From Clostridia bacterium (lineage in GTDB: Bacteria; Bacillota; Clostridia; Monoglobales; Firm-18), in assembly GCA_045545235.1 (NCBI GenBank), contig JAZQAN010000010.1, forward strand, positions 26,267 to 90,266: 64,000 nt of DNA. Reading direction: 5' to 3'. Position numbers and translations under genes: made by a program. This document shows positions 18,162-27,630 of this stretch, one piece after another; positions within the stretch are counted from its first letter, which is position 1; each line of letters opens with the position of its first letter. Below the pieces are notes generated by a model. The model was not told where the DNA came from. It was given only the letters and a program-made list of their open reading frames with translations, and searched no databases.

Positions 18162-19276
18162 ATTTTATTTTTTACCGCCGTTTCAAGATCTTGCAAACGG
18201 CGGTTTATTTTTACATTGTCGTACTCTTCTATTCTTCGTTGCAGTTTTTCTATTACTCCTTCAAGCTGATTTATTTTTATCTTCATTTTTTTAAAATCAA
18301 TATAGCGTTCTACATCAGAAGTCTTATTTTCGCAAGCAAGAGACGGCGGTGCTTTTGAAATTGCAAAAAAATTATTTACTCCATAAAGCCTCACATTCCC
18401 GTTTATTATATTACCTTTACAACACCGCACTTTCAGTAAAGATTCATAGCAGGTATACCTTATTCCGAATTCACGAGGACTCGAAAAACCTCCCGTCATA
18501 ATTACTGTAGGTGATTTATCGTTTTGCTTTCGTATATAAACCTTATTGTCAACAACACTTTCCCAGGTTATAATATCTTCATTTTGGAAAAACATAACAG
18601 GCTTTCTACCTGTTCCAACCACTTTTTCTTCGCCTCTAAAATATTCAAGAATACTCATATCATTTTCATATACAATATGCTCATTACCTTCTGTATCAAT
18701 ATACAAAAATGGATTTTTAATATCCGAAGGTATCTCTATATTTTGAAAATCCCCCCACTTTTTTTCATTATGCATATATTTTTTTATCCCCCAGCTTTTT
18801 TCTGCCATGCTGTAATAAAAAACCACAGGATTTTTTTCAATGTCACAATCTGTACAAAATTCATTTTTTATACAATCGACAACAAAAGGTTCTTCGTACT
18901 CGCCGTTAACAACATGGTGCACAAGCATTTTCCGCGTGTTATATTCAAGGCAGTATAATATATAAAGACCGTCATCTCCAACCCTTATGACAAAATTTTT
19001 AGGGTAAGCTCTTTTACTTTTGCTTTTCATCAACACGGTTTTTCTCCATGTGTTTTCAAAATGATTTACGTACAGAATATCACCATCCTTATTCTGATAA
19101 ACCATATGTATACAATCGGAATCATCTATTGCAACATCAAAATCCTCTTGTCCGTCAGGGATAAGCACATTATATTCTGTAATGTTATCATCAGTCATTT
19201 TACAATAACATATTCCGTGAGAATTATGATAAAAATTCCATATAACTCCATAACTTTCTTTAACAAAAAAATTCAT
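18158..19276 (-). CDS. Hypothetical protein (beta-rich body with recurring aromatic/Gly strands, C-terminal coiled coil)
   Basis: Long ORF of 372 aa. No signal peptide, TM helix or catalytic motif that I recognise. The last ~50 aa form a heptad-like segment (IKINQLEGVIEKLQRRIEEYDNVKINRRLQDLETAVK). The stop overlaps the potD stop by 4 nt. Confidence 0.5.
   Translation of the reverse strand: MNFFVKESYGVIWNFYHNSHGICYCKMTDDNITEYNVLIPDGQEDFDVAIDDSDCIHMVYQNKDGDILYVNHFENTWRKTVLMKSKSKRAYPKNFVIRVGDDGLYILYCLEYNTRKMLVHHVVNGEYEEPFVVDCIKNEFCTDCDIEKNPVVFYYSMAEKSWGIKKYMHNEKKWGDFQNIEIPSDIKNPFLYIDTEGNEHIVYENDMSILEYFRGEEKVVGTGRKPVMFFQNEDIITWESVVDNKVYIRKQNDKSPTVIMTGGFSSPREFGIRYTCYESLLKVRCCKGNIINGNVRLYGVNNFFAISKAPPSLACENKTSDVERYIDFKKMKIKINQLEGVIEKLQRRIEEYDNVKINRRLQDLETAVKNKI
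18174..18204 (+). terminator. potD terminator, embedded in the 3' coding end of the convergent gene
   Basis: ACCGCCGTTT-CAAGATCTTGC-AAACGGCGGT followed by TTATTTTT on +. No U-run on the minus strand. Confidence 0.7.
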
Positions 19277-19402
19277 AAAATCACCCCTTAATTTATTTAT
19301 ATTTAACTTTACCGTCTATATGAATTAATTGCAAAAAACGGCATTTTTTTCTGTATAACAGCAATATTAATGATTAAAATAGTAAAACAGGGAGGTTTTT
19401 TC

Positions 19403-20104
19403 ATGAAAAGAAATTTTTTTATATTTTTATTATTTTTAAATATAACATCCGTAAACGCGTATGCTTTCTCATTTAATGTTACTGAAACAAAAAAGAACAA
19501 TGTGTCATCCATTGAGGAAAATCAATCAATATACTGTGATATCAACGCACATTGGTGCAAGGAATCTGCAGAAGAATTATTCAAAGACGATGTTTTCAAA
19601 GGTATAAAAATAGGTGGTAACTATTACTTTATGCCTGACGAACCTGTCACACGTGGAGAATTTTTGTTGTACCTGAATGCAGTTTTAAATATACCGACAG
19701 ACAGCAATAAGGTTTTCCTGCCTTTTAATGACACCAAGCTGATACCATCATGGCAATATCCAACAGTAGGTTTAATGTACCAAAAAGGTTATATTAAAGG
19801 AAATCTTGAAAAAACCGGTCTTTTTTTTAATGGTGATGAAAAAATATCTCGTCTTGAATGTACGCTTATTCTTAATAATATTTTCAAGCCTGCTAAAAAT
19901 AGCAAACCACTCTCCTACAGTGATGAATATCTTATTCCCACATACGCAAGAACAGCAGTAGAAAATATTACAGAACGCAATTTAATTAAAGGTTACGATG
20001 ATAACAGCTTCAGACCATATATTAAAATAACCCGCGGAATGCTTGCAGATATTTTGTGTCGTATAAAAAAATTGCCAAATACTCAGATTGACAAACTTCC
20101 TTAA
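19403..20104 (+). CDS. Secreted protein consisting of three S-layer-homology (SLH) domains
   Basis: GGGAGG SD before ATG 19403, then a signal peptide. Three SLH-like repeats are present (DINAHWCKESAEELFKDDVFKGIK..., FNDTKLIPSWQYPTVGLMYQKGYIKG..., YSDEYLIPTYARTAVENITERNLIKGY...). Confidence 0.75.
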   Translation: MKRNFFIFLLFLNITSVNAYAFSFNVTETKKNNVSSIEENQSIYCDINAHWCKESAEELFKDDVFKGIKIGGNYYFMPDEPVTRGEFLLYLNAVLNIPTDSNKVFLPFNDTKLIPSWQYPTVGLMYQKGYIKGNLEKTGLFFNGDEKISRLECTLILNNIFKPAKNSKPLSYSDEYLIPTYARTAVENITERNLIKGYDDNSFRPYIKITRGMLADILCRIKKLPNTQIDKLP

Positions 20105-20138
20105 ACATTGTATAATTTTGTTGAAGGGAATGAGATGT

Positions 20139-20762
20139 ATGAAAAACAAAAAAACACTCAAAATAGGTATTGCCGGTATAGTTATTCTATGTATTATTAT
20201 TGCAGCAATATTCTATATTTACGACAGCAAGCAAATATACGGCGGAAACGGTATATATTATACACAGCAGGAAACAGGTGAATACTTACAATTCAACAAA
20301 GACAAAACCTTTTCTTTTGCCTATAATCCTGATAATGCAAAAGAGGCAGAATCAAACGTGCAGGCAGAAATTTTAACCAACGGCACATGGAAAAAGTCCG
20401 GAAATAAAATAACCCTGACTTTTTCAGACAACGATACTCCTGTTATACTGGCTGAAAAAGACGGTTATTTATACAGGGAAAACAAAGTGTTCAAAGGAAA
20501 AACATCGGACGCTAAACTTTTAAACAACAGATACCTGCTTAAAGAGACTGAAGACCGCAGTACTGTTGTACTATTCTTTAAAGACGGAACAATGGCCCAC
20601 GAAATACATTGGGGTAAAGATGTCACAATTAAAAACGGAAAATATACCCGAACTGACAACATTATTACCGTAAGGTATAACGATGAATCAACTACTGCAG
20701 AAAGATATCTGGTTCTTGAAACCGGTGTTGTCAAAGACATTTATTCGAAAAAATTGCCATAA
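20139..20762 (+). CDS. Membrane-anchored hypothetical protein
   Basis: GAAGGGA SD before ATG 20139. N-terminal TM helix (IGIAGIVILCIIIAAIFYIY), then a beta-rich extracytoplasmic domain with no recognised family. Confidence 0.5.
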   Translation: MKNKKTLKIGIAGIVILCIIIAAIFYIYDSKQIYGGNGIYYTQQETGEYLQFNKDKTFSFAYNPDNAKEAESNVQAEILTNGTWKKSGNKITLTFSDNDTPVILAEKDGYLYRENKVFKGKTSDAKLLNNRYLLKETEDRSTVVLFFKDGTMAHEIHWGKDVTIKNGKYTRTDNIITVRYNDESTTAERYLVLETGVVKDIYSKKLP

Positions 20763-20800
20763 AAAAATTGCTCGCTTTATATAAAGCGAGCAATTTTTTT
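20761..20800. terminator. Bidirectional terminator (A7 - 28-nt palindrome - T7)
   Basis: AAAAAAATTGCTCGCTTTATATAAAGCGAGCAATTTTTTT. It serves the + gene ending at 20762 and the minus-strand ferredoxin gene ending at 20816. Confidence 0.8.
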
Positions 20801-20815
20801 AATTAATAATTTAAA

Positions 20816-20986
20816 TTATTCAGCTACCGGAGCGCCAACAGGACATTCTCCTGCGCAAGCACCACATTCAAGACACTTGTCTGCATCAATAACAAACTTG
20901 TCATCGCCTTCTGTAATACATTCAGCAGGACATACTGCTGCACATGCGCCGCATGAAATACATTCATCTGTAATCTTATAAGCCAT
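20816..20986 (-). CDS. Clostridial-type 2x[4Fe-4S] ferredoxin (56 aa)
   Basis: Below the ORF-track size cut-off. Manual translation: MAYKITDECISCGACAAVCPAECITEGDDKFVIDADKCLECGACAGECPVGAPVAE, with two CxxCxxCxxxCP motifs. AGGAGGTG SD 7 nt before ATG 20986. Confidence 0.9.
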   Translation of the reverse strand: MAYKITDECISCGACAAVCPAECITEGDDKFVIDADKCLECGACAGECPVGAPVAE

Positions 20987-21040
20987 AGTTTACACCTCCT
21001 AAATTTAGTTATATTATTTTTCGTTGCCGAAAATTAATAA

Positions 21041-21907
21041 TTATTCCTCAAGTTTTTTTAGTTCCTTAAGCTCTTCTGCAGTTAATTTTGTAGATGCCGC
21101 CTTTAAAATCACAACATCTTTTGCATCATAAACATTAACCATTGAATCTTCACCACGGTCAACTCTTACCTTAACCATACCTGCAAGAACATTATTTTCT
21201 ATAACTGTTCCCTTACCGTCAGGAGTGTCAACAATTGCATCAACTCTGGGAACAAATTTGAGCATTTCTTCATAAGTTGACTGTTCGTATTTAAGACAAC
21301 ACATAAGTCTGCCGCAGGTACCGGAAATTTTTGTAGGGTTAAGAGACAAATTCTGTTCTTTAGCCATTTTAATAGACACCGGCTGAAAATCACCCAAAAA
21401 AGAGTTACAGCAAATTGGTCTTCCGCAAACACCTATACCGCCAAGCATTTTAGCTTCATCACGCACACCTATCTGACGAAGTTCAATTCTTGTTTTAAAC
21501 ACAGAAGCAAGCGATTTAACCAATTCACGAAAATCAACTCTTCCTTCAGCAGTGAAATAAAACAATATTTTATTTTCATCAAAAGTATATTCTACATCAA
21601 CAAGATGCATGTCAAGCTTATGAAATTTGATTTTTTCCATACAAATTCCAAAAGCCTCTTTTTCTTTTTCTTTTATTTTATCAATTTTCTTAATATCTTC
21701 GTTTGTTGCCTTCCTAAGAACAGGCTTAAGCGGAGATACTATATTTTCCTCCGGAATTTTTCTGTTTGCAAGCATAACCTCACCGATTTCTGTACCTCGT
21801 ACAGTTTCAACAACGGCAAAATCACCCTTTACAAACTCAATATTGCCCGGTGCAAAATAATATATTTTACCAACGCTTTTAAAACGAATTCCAACTACTT
21901 CAACCAT
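21041..21907 (-). CDS. ricT: PSP1-domain protein RicT/YaaT (stage 0 sporulation / RNase Y regulator complex)
   Basis: Typical YaaT sequence (GIRFKSVGKIYYF...GDFAVVETVRGTEIG...CGRLMCCLKYE). Conserved position after holB. Confidence 0.9.
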   Translation of the reverse strand: MVEVVGIRFKSVGKIYYFAPGNIEFVKGDFAVVETVRGTEIGEVMLANRKIPEENIVSPLKPVLRKATNEDIKKIDKIKEKEKEAFGICMEKIKFHKLDMHLVDVEYTFDENKILFYFTAEGRVDFRELVKSLASVFKTRIELRQIGVRDEAKMLGGIGVCGRPICCNSFLGDFQPVSIKMAKEQNLSLNPTKISGTCGRLMCCLKYEQSTYEEMLKFVPRVDAIVDTPDGKGTVIENNVLAGMVKVRVDRGEDSMVNVYDAKDVVILKAASTKLTAEELKELKKLEE

Positions 21908-22799
21908 TAGTTTCCCCCAGTATATTCAACATCATTTCACTTATTGCCATATTGTAGTCGGCATTAAATGAAAATGAATTACGAGTTTTTTCGACTAACT
22001 CAATTAATCTTACAGTTTTTTTGCTATTTAGTCCGTCAATTTTAAGTCCGCCTTCTTTATTGTGCAAAGTATCACACAACATAACAAGCATTATGTCAAA
22101 AAGCGGCTCATAATTATTTTTTTCTTTCTGCATAAAATCTATAAGAGAATATGTGTTTACAGCAGACCCTTTACCAATGGCCCCAAACAAATCTACAAAG
22201 TTGTTAAGCACATTACCAAGTTCTTCATTTTCACAAAGACTTTTTGCCATACCAATACTTCCCGACGCAATTCTTACTATAACCTCGGGTATATCCGCAC
22301 CACAACTTTTCATATAATCTCTTACCTGATTATCAGTAAGCTCACCAAACCGCACAGTAATAGCCCTTGACCTTATTGTCTGCAAAAGCATATTGTCATT
22401 TTGGGTAACAAGTATAATTACACAATAGGCAGGCGGTTCCTCAAAAATTTTCAAAAGCGCATTCTGTGCCTGAGCATTCATTTTTTCTGCATTAGGTATT
22501 ATAAACACACGTTTATCTGCAAGATAAGGCTTCATATACATATCAGCAGATGCGACACGTACGGTGTCTACCGAAACAATATCGGTTTTAGAATCAATAC
22601 CGTAATGTTCATTTGTAACCACTGTAACATCGGCAACACTTGAATCAGTTAAAACATCGGCAAAAGCTTTTGCCATAGTAGTTTTACCTACACCCCGTTT
22701 GCCCGAAAAAATATAGGCGTGAGATACCTTCGCGGTTTTCACAGCTGTTTCAAGCTGTTGTTTCACGCCTGAATGCCCTATAACATTTTCAAAAATCAT
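21900..22799 (-). CDS. holB: DNA polymerase III delta' subunit
   Basis: AAA+ clamp-loader motifs (HAYIFSGKRGVGKTTMAKAFA, NALLKIFEEPP, SRA arginine finger region TIRSRA). Synteny darA-holB-ricT. Confidence 0.85.
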   Translation of the reverse strand: MIFENVIGHSGVKQQLETAVKTAKVSHAYIFSGKRGVGKTTMAKAFADVLTDSSVADVTVVTNEHYGIDSKTDIVSVDTVRVASADMYMKPYLADKRVFIIPNAEKMNAQAQNALLKIFEEPPAYCVIILVTQNDNMLLQTIRSRAITVRFGELTDNQVRDYMKSCGADIPEVIVRIASGSIGMAKSLCENEELGNVLNNFVDLFGAIGKGSAVNTYSLIDFMQKEKNNYEPLFDIMLVMLCDTLHNKEGGLKIDGLNSKKTVRLIELVEKTRNSFSFNADYNMAISEMMLNILGETNG

Positions 22800-23116
22800 A
22801 CTTTTTCAAACCTGTCAATATCGAGCACAAACAAAGTTGCACCGCCTACAGTAATTTCAATAGGCCATGTAATTGCAGCCGCCATACTAACAGATGTAGG
22901 TGCAACAATTTCTTTACGTGATTTGCATACTGATTTGATAATTTCTATTACTTCCTCTACTTTTTCATCATCAGTACCAATCATAAGAGTAACATTACCG
23001 GCACGCAAAAAACCACCTGTTGATGCAAGTTTAGTTACAGGAATTGCATTTTTACTCAATTTATCTGTCAACTTTGTGCTGTCTTCGTCTCCTACGATCG
23101 CAATAATAAGTTTCAT
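22796..23116 (-). CDS. darA: Cyclic-di-AMP receptor protein DarA/PstA (YaaQ, PII-like)
   Basis: MKLIIAIVGDEDSTKLTDKL...VTKLASTGGFLRAGNVTLMIG is the characteristic YaaQ/DUF970 sequence. 106 aa. 4-nt overlap with holB. Confidence 0.85.
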   Translation of the reverse strand: MKLIIAIVGDEDSTKLTDKLSKNAIPVTKLASTGGFLRAGNVTLMIGTDDEKVEEVIEIIKSVCKSRKEIVAPTSVSMAAAITWPIEITVGGATLFVLDIDRFEKV

Positions 23117-23232
23117 ATGATCACCTATCCCTTCAAAAAAATAATATAATTATCTATTCATTTACATTATACATAAGTTTTGCATATTTTTCAAGTATTT
23201 TTTATATATATGCAAAAAATACTTGTATTGGT

Positions 23233-23829
23233 TTAAAATTCACAAAAATTTGCAGAAATACTTGCTATAGCAGTATTTTTTATAAGAAGATTTCCATATT
23301 CCGCAAGCTTACCCCTGGCAATAGCACTGTTCAAAATTTTTTCTCCATATTCATACAATAAAGAATCAACCTTCATAGCAACACTTTCGTGTATTGCATC
23401 CATAACAAGATAATACTCACCATCAAGTTTATAAAGCCTGCTTACACCAACAAAAATATTTTCAATGTATTTGCATGCCTTTATAAGGTCCTCAAAATCC
23501 GAAAAGCTGAATATAACAGGTGATATATCTTTCGGCTTTCTCTGTTTAGTCTTTTTGTGCTTTATTTTAGGCAGCTTTTCTGCATCTGAAACACGAGTCA
23601 CCGTCATTGTAAGTCCGTCATTTTTTGAGGCAACTGCTTCTACAACAATCTGTGCACCATCACCGAAAAACTCGTCTTCTATCTGTGCATGTTCTATTAA
23701 ATCCCAGAAAATTTCCTGGGCTTCATCTGAATTATATTTCAAGTTTTCAAAATCCACTCCAAAATCCTTCAAGTCCTCATCTGAAAACATAATTCTGAAT
23801 TTGTCAGGCGATATTTTTTCTACCTTCAT
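23233..23829 (-). CDS. mecA: Adaptor protein MecA (ClpC adaptor)
   Basis: MKVEKISPDKFRIMFSDEDLKDFGVDFENL... N-terminal domain, a charged linker, and a C-terminal ClpC-binding domain of typical size. Confidence 0.85.
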   Translation of the reverse strand: MKVEKISPDKFRIMFSDEDLKDFGVDFENLKYNSDEAQEIFWDLIEHAQIEDEFFGDGAQIVVEAVASKNDGLTMTVTRVSDAEKLPKIKHKKTKQRKPKDISPVIFSFSDFEDLIKACKYIENIFVGVSRLYKLDGEYYLVMDAIHESVAMKVDSLLYEYGEKILNSAIARGKLAEYGNLLIKNTAIASISANFCEF

Positions 23830-23887
23830 AAACTCACCTCCACAATTTATTATACGCCGTTATCACAAATGGCGATATCACGAAAAA

Positions 23888-24649
23888 TCACATTTTTGCG
23901 TATTCCTTTATAATACGAAGGACATCCTGCCCAGACCACGACCCGTATGCCGTAATTCTTTTAAAAGGCACTTTTCCCGCGTTTGAAACACTGTTTGTTC
24001 CTGTTTCTCCAACCTGTGCAGTAACTTTGTATCCTGCACGTTTTGCTGCATCTATAACCTTTTGGTTGCAGCTTCCGTATGGAAATGCAACAATATTACA
24101 TTTCGTACCAAGATTTTTTTCAATAATAAGCTTTGAAAGTCTCAACTCACGCTCAAGCTGAAAAGAGTCAAGCTCTGCAAGATTCTTGTGGTCGTATGTA
24201 TGTGACTGTATACTTACAAGCCCGCTTTGTTGCATAATTTTAGCCTCATTCCAACCAAAATGAACACTTGTATCAAGCACCTTACCCACAGTTTTTGCAA
24301 CAACAAAAATTGTAGTTTTTACCTTATGCTTTTTTATTATCGGAAAAGCATATTTATAATTTGTATCATACCCATCATCAAAGGATATGATAATAGGCTT
24401 TGATGGCATAGTAAAATTTCCAACTGAAGCATTATATACATCCTCAAAGCTTACGGGAGTATATCCGCTTTTTAAAAGTGTTACTATATGTTCCTCAAAT
24501 TTTTGAGGTGTTATTGTTGTTGCCGCCTTGTCGGGAGTGTGTGTCAACTGCACATCATGGTACAAAAGCACCGGAATATGTGCATCTGCCAGAACACTCA
24601 CGCAAGAAAAGAGCAAAAAACAAATAACAAGTACTGCTGTTTTTTTCAT
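23888..24649 (-). CDS. Secreted polysaccharide deacetylase (NodB-homology family)
   Basis: Signal peptide, then PVLLYHDV, ISFDDGY, QSHTYDH metal/catalytic motifs of the CE4 fold. Confidence 0.8.
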   Translation of the reverse strand: MKKTAVLVICFLLFSCVSVLADAHIPVLLYHDVQLTHTPDKAATTITPQKFEEHIVTLLKSGYTPVSFEDVYNASVGNFTMPSKPIIISFDDGYDTNYKYAFPIIKKHKVKTTIFVVAKTVGKVLDTSVHFGWNEAKIMQQSGLVSIQSHTYDHKNLAELDSFQLERELRLSKLIIEKNLGTKCNIVAFPYGSCNQKVIDAAKRAGYKVTAQVGETGTNSVSNAGKVPFKRITAYGSWSGQDVLRIIKEYAKM

Positions 24650-24660
24650 ATTTCCTCCGT

Positions 24661-25941
24661 TTATCTTTTGCCTAATTTATTGACAATTTCCTGACAAAAT
24701 TCCTCGTTATCCTTTGTGGCAACAAGCTCATTTACAAGCATTTCCGTAATGTCCGCAGAATTCTGATTATGCAGTGCACGACGAATTGTCCATACGCACT
24801 CCATTTCAGCCTGAGAAAGTAAAAGCTCTTCCTTTCTTGTTCCCGACTTATAAATATCTATTGCAGGGAAAATTCGTCTTTCCTGCATACGTCTGTCAAG
24901 GTGCACCTCCATATTTCCCGTGCCCTTGAATTCTTCGTATATAACGTCATCCATTCTGCTGCCTGTATCAATAAGGGCAGTTGCAAGTATGGTAAGACTT
25001 CCGCCGTTTTCAATGTTACGTGCTGCGCCAAAAAACTTTTTGGGTTTATGAAGTGCATTAGGGTCAAGTCCACCCGAAAGTGTTCTTCCGGTAGAAGTAC
25101 TTGTAAGATTATACGCCCTTGCGAGTCTTGTAATACTGTCAAGTAATATAACAACATCCTTTTTATGCTCTACAAGACGCATTGCACGTTCCAGAACCAT
25201 TTCGGAAACACGTATATGGTGTGCAGGTTCTTCGTCAAAAGTAGAGTAGATAACCTCACCGTTTATACTGCGTTTCATATCAGTAACTTCCTCGGGACGT
25301 TCATCAATTAAAAGCACCAGCAAAGTCACATCAGGGTGATTTGTTTCAATACTTTTGGCAATCTGTTTAAGCATTGTTGTTTTACCTGCCTTAGGCGGAG
25401 AAACGATTATTCCTCGCTGTCCCTTACCAACAGGGTCAATCAAATCAACAAGACGCATTGCATAATCAGTAGGTTTGTTAACCATATGCATTCTTTCAGT
25501 AGGGTAAATAGGCGTAAGATTTTCAAAAGCAACTCTTCTTATAGCCACATCAGGTTTATCACCGTTTACTGAATTTACATACAAAAGTGCCTTGAATCTT
25601 TCATTCTCACGAGGCAAACGTGCAATACCTTTTAACATATCTCCTGTTTTTAATCGAAATCTTCTTATCTGTGCAGGTGCAACATAAACATCATCAACAC
25701 CGGAAAGATAGTTTTCGCTTCTTAAAAAGCCAAATCCATCTTCACAAAGCTGAAGTATACCCTCAACCTCTACGGTTTCGGTACGAACCTTGCCGTTATC
25801 TTCAGTAACAACAGAACTTTCTTCCTCCATTTTTTCTTGAATTGCCAAAATAAGCTCTTCTTTTTTCAGCTTGGATATATTTTTTATTTCATATTTTTTT
25901 GCAATTTCCTTAAGCTCGGACAAAGTTTTGTTAATCATCAA
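24661..25941 (-). CDS. rho: Transcription termination factor Rho
   Basis: N-terminal Rho_N ([25 protein letters not shown]), an RNA-binding CSD-like domain, Walker A ([10 protein letters not shown]), and Q/R loops. Confidence 0.95.
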   Translation of the reverse strand: MMINKTLSELKEIAKKYEIKNISKLKKEELILAIQEKMEEESSVVTEDNGKVRTETVEVEGILQLCEDGFGFLRSENYLSGVDDVYVAPAQIRRFRLKTGDMLKGIARLPRENERFKALLYVNSVNGDKPDVAIRRVAFENLTPIYPTERMHMVNKPTDYAMRLVDLIDPVGKGQRGIIVSPPKAGKTTMLKQIAKSIETNHPDVTLLVLLIDERPEEVTDMKRSINGEVIYSTFDEEPAHHIRVSEMVLERAMRLVEHKKDVVILLDSITRLARAYNLTSTSTGRTLSGGLDPNALHKPKKFFGAARNIENGGSLTILATALIDTGSRMDDVIYEEFKGTGNMEVHLDRRMQERRIFPAIDIYKSGTRKEELLLSQAEMECVWTIRRALHNQNSADITEMLVNELVATKDNEEFCQEIVNKLGKR

Positions 25942-25955
25942 ATTACTCCTTCAAA

Positions 25956-26516
25956 TCAAAAAATAAAATTCGCAAAAATATTATGTCTGTACATTGTATA
26001 TGCAACAACCGACATATCTATCAATTCTTTACATTCGCTCATATCAAAAATTTCAACTACTGCAAGCAAACCATATACAATTATGATACCGATGACAAAC
26101 CCTGTAATCAACCCCAGAGTTCTGTTAACAAACGAAATCATCGGAAGCTTTGCAACAAGATTAAGCGATTTTACTAACAAATTTGCAATTATGTAAGTTA
26201 TAATAACAACTATCAAAAACGACAAAGCATCTATAACAACATCAGCCATACCCGATGCCAGTTCTTCACCTGCATCTGCAACAAGCCAAGATATTTCCGC
26301 AGGTATAATAGCCTGAGATGTTTCGTTAAAGTTTTTATTTATGGCTTCACCTATAACTGAATTTTTTACGAATCCGCTTATCACAGGGTTCAAAAATTTT
26401 GCAACTGTAATTGCTATAATCCAACATAAAAGCTTTGATATACTTTTTATAAAACCACGTATATAACCAATAATTGCCGAAATTATAACAATACTGCCAA
26501 CAATAATGTCTGCCAT
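25956..26516 (-). CDS. CvpA-family membrane protein
   Basis: Four-TM small membrane protein. The N-terminus DIIVGSIVIISAIIGYIRGFIKSI is typical of colicin V production protein CvpA. Confidence 0.75.
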   Translation of the reverse strand: MADIIVGSIVIISAIIGYIRGFIKSISKLLCWIIAITVAKFLNPVISGFVKNSVIGEAINKNFNETSQAIIPAEISWLVADAGEELASGMADVVIDALSFLIVVIITYIIANLLVKSLNLVAKLPMISFVNRTLGLITGFVIGIIIVYGLLAVVEIFDMSECKELIDMSVVAYTMYRHNIFANFIF

Positions 26517-26525
26517 AAACTCACC

Positions 26526-27620
26526 TTATATCCTTATTAACTGAATACAATCATCACACAAAACAAGCACCTTATCATTTCCTGCAAGAGAAATACCTCT
26601 AACCTTTTTCTTTATTTCAGTAGTTTCAAGAACCTTTCCGGAATAATTGATTACAGAAACTGATGATTCCTCGCATACCGCAATATTTCGCTGATTTACA
26701 TCTATATGAGATACTTTTGTATCTGTAACATACTCACCCGCTTTACCGCCGCTTTTTGTATAAGTTCTTATTATGGTATTATTTTTTATACCCTTAAGTG
26801 CAACCACCGTATTACCGTTTGAATCAATTTTAAATGACTGAAGTATGTTGCTTTCAAAAGAAACATTCCACTTTTTTCTTGCTTTTGAGTCAAACATACC
26901 CAACCCCGTATCCGAAACAACAACCGCACCTCCGGATTCTACAAAGCCGACACTTACAGGCATATCTCCCTCAATTTTAGTTCTGCCGATTTCCTTTGCG
27001 GCTTTTATATCTACCATAACCACATTTTGTACTATAACGCCTGTATCTGTTGATATAGTTACTGCAACAAGACTTTTATTGTCAGGTGCAATATCAACGT
27101 CTACTATATATTCATTTCCAATCTTCCAAATATACGCAGGTTTTCCGCTGTTATCAAGAACCAACACCTTCGAGTTATATGCAACCTCATCACTTATAAG
27201 TACTGCATATCCGTTTTTATTCACCTTTGCGCTTTTTATAGGCTGGTCACATTCATATGAATATTTTTTATTTATACTGTCATATACGGACAGCTTTTTA
27301 TCACCTTTATCATAAAGCAAAATCATATTCTCCGAAATATTATAATGGGGAGAAGCCATATGCATTTCAACGTAATCAGTCTGTTCACCATTAAAATTAA
27401 GAAAACGTATTCCCTCATAACTTAACGCGAAAATTTTACCATTATATTCATCTATCTGATAATTGGAATCGTTTTCAAAATCATATATGCTTTCTGCAGG
27501 ATTTTTACTGCACCCGCTAAGGTTGTATAAAAGCAGAAAAACACAAATTACAAATGCGCATATACCAAAAATTATCCCCATCTTTTTAGTTGCAACACCT
27601 TTATTTTCAACTGTTTCCAT
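26526..27620 (-). CDS. Membrane-anchored beta-propeller-like hypothetical protein (possibly DUF5711-type)
   Basis: GAGGTG SD before ATG 27620 (METVENK...). The track start 27698 would overlap truA by 68 nt. One TM helix, then a repetitive beta-strand-rich body. The family assignment is from memory only. Confidence 0.5.
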   Translation of the reverse strand: METVENKGVATKKMGIIFGICAFVICVFLLLYNLSGCSKNPAESIYDFENDSNYQIDEYNGKIFALSYEGIRFLNFNGEQTDYVEMHMASPHYNISENMILLYDKGDKKLSVYDSINKKYSYECDQPIKSAKVNKNGYAVLISDEVAYNSKVLVLDNSGKPAYIWKIGNEYIVDVDIAPDNKSLVAVTISTDTGVIVQNVVMVDIKAAKEIGRTKIEGDMPVSVGFVESGGAVVVSDTGLGMFDSKARKKWNVSFESNILQSFKIDSNGNTVVALKGIKNNTIIRTYTKSGGKAGEYVTDTKVSHIDVNQRNIAVCEESSVSVINYSGKVLETTEIKKKVRGISLAGNDKVLVLCDDCIQLIRI

Positions 27621-27630
27621 AAAATTCACC

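Noticed and set aside
23181-23225. AT-only inverted repeats after mecA (CAAGTATTTTTT...AAAAAATACTTG and TGCATAT...ATATGCA) as a terminator
   Set aside because: The stems are almost pure A/T, they compete with each other, and neither strand has a proper downstream U-run. This is too weak to call.
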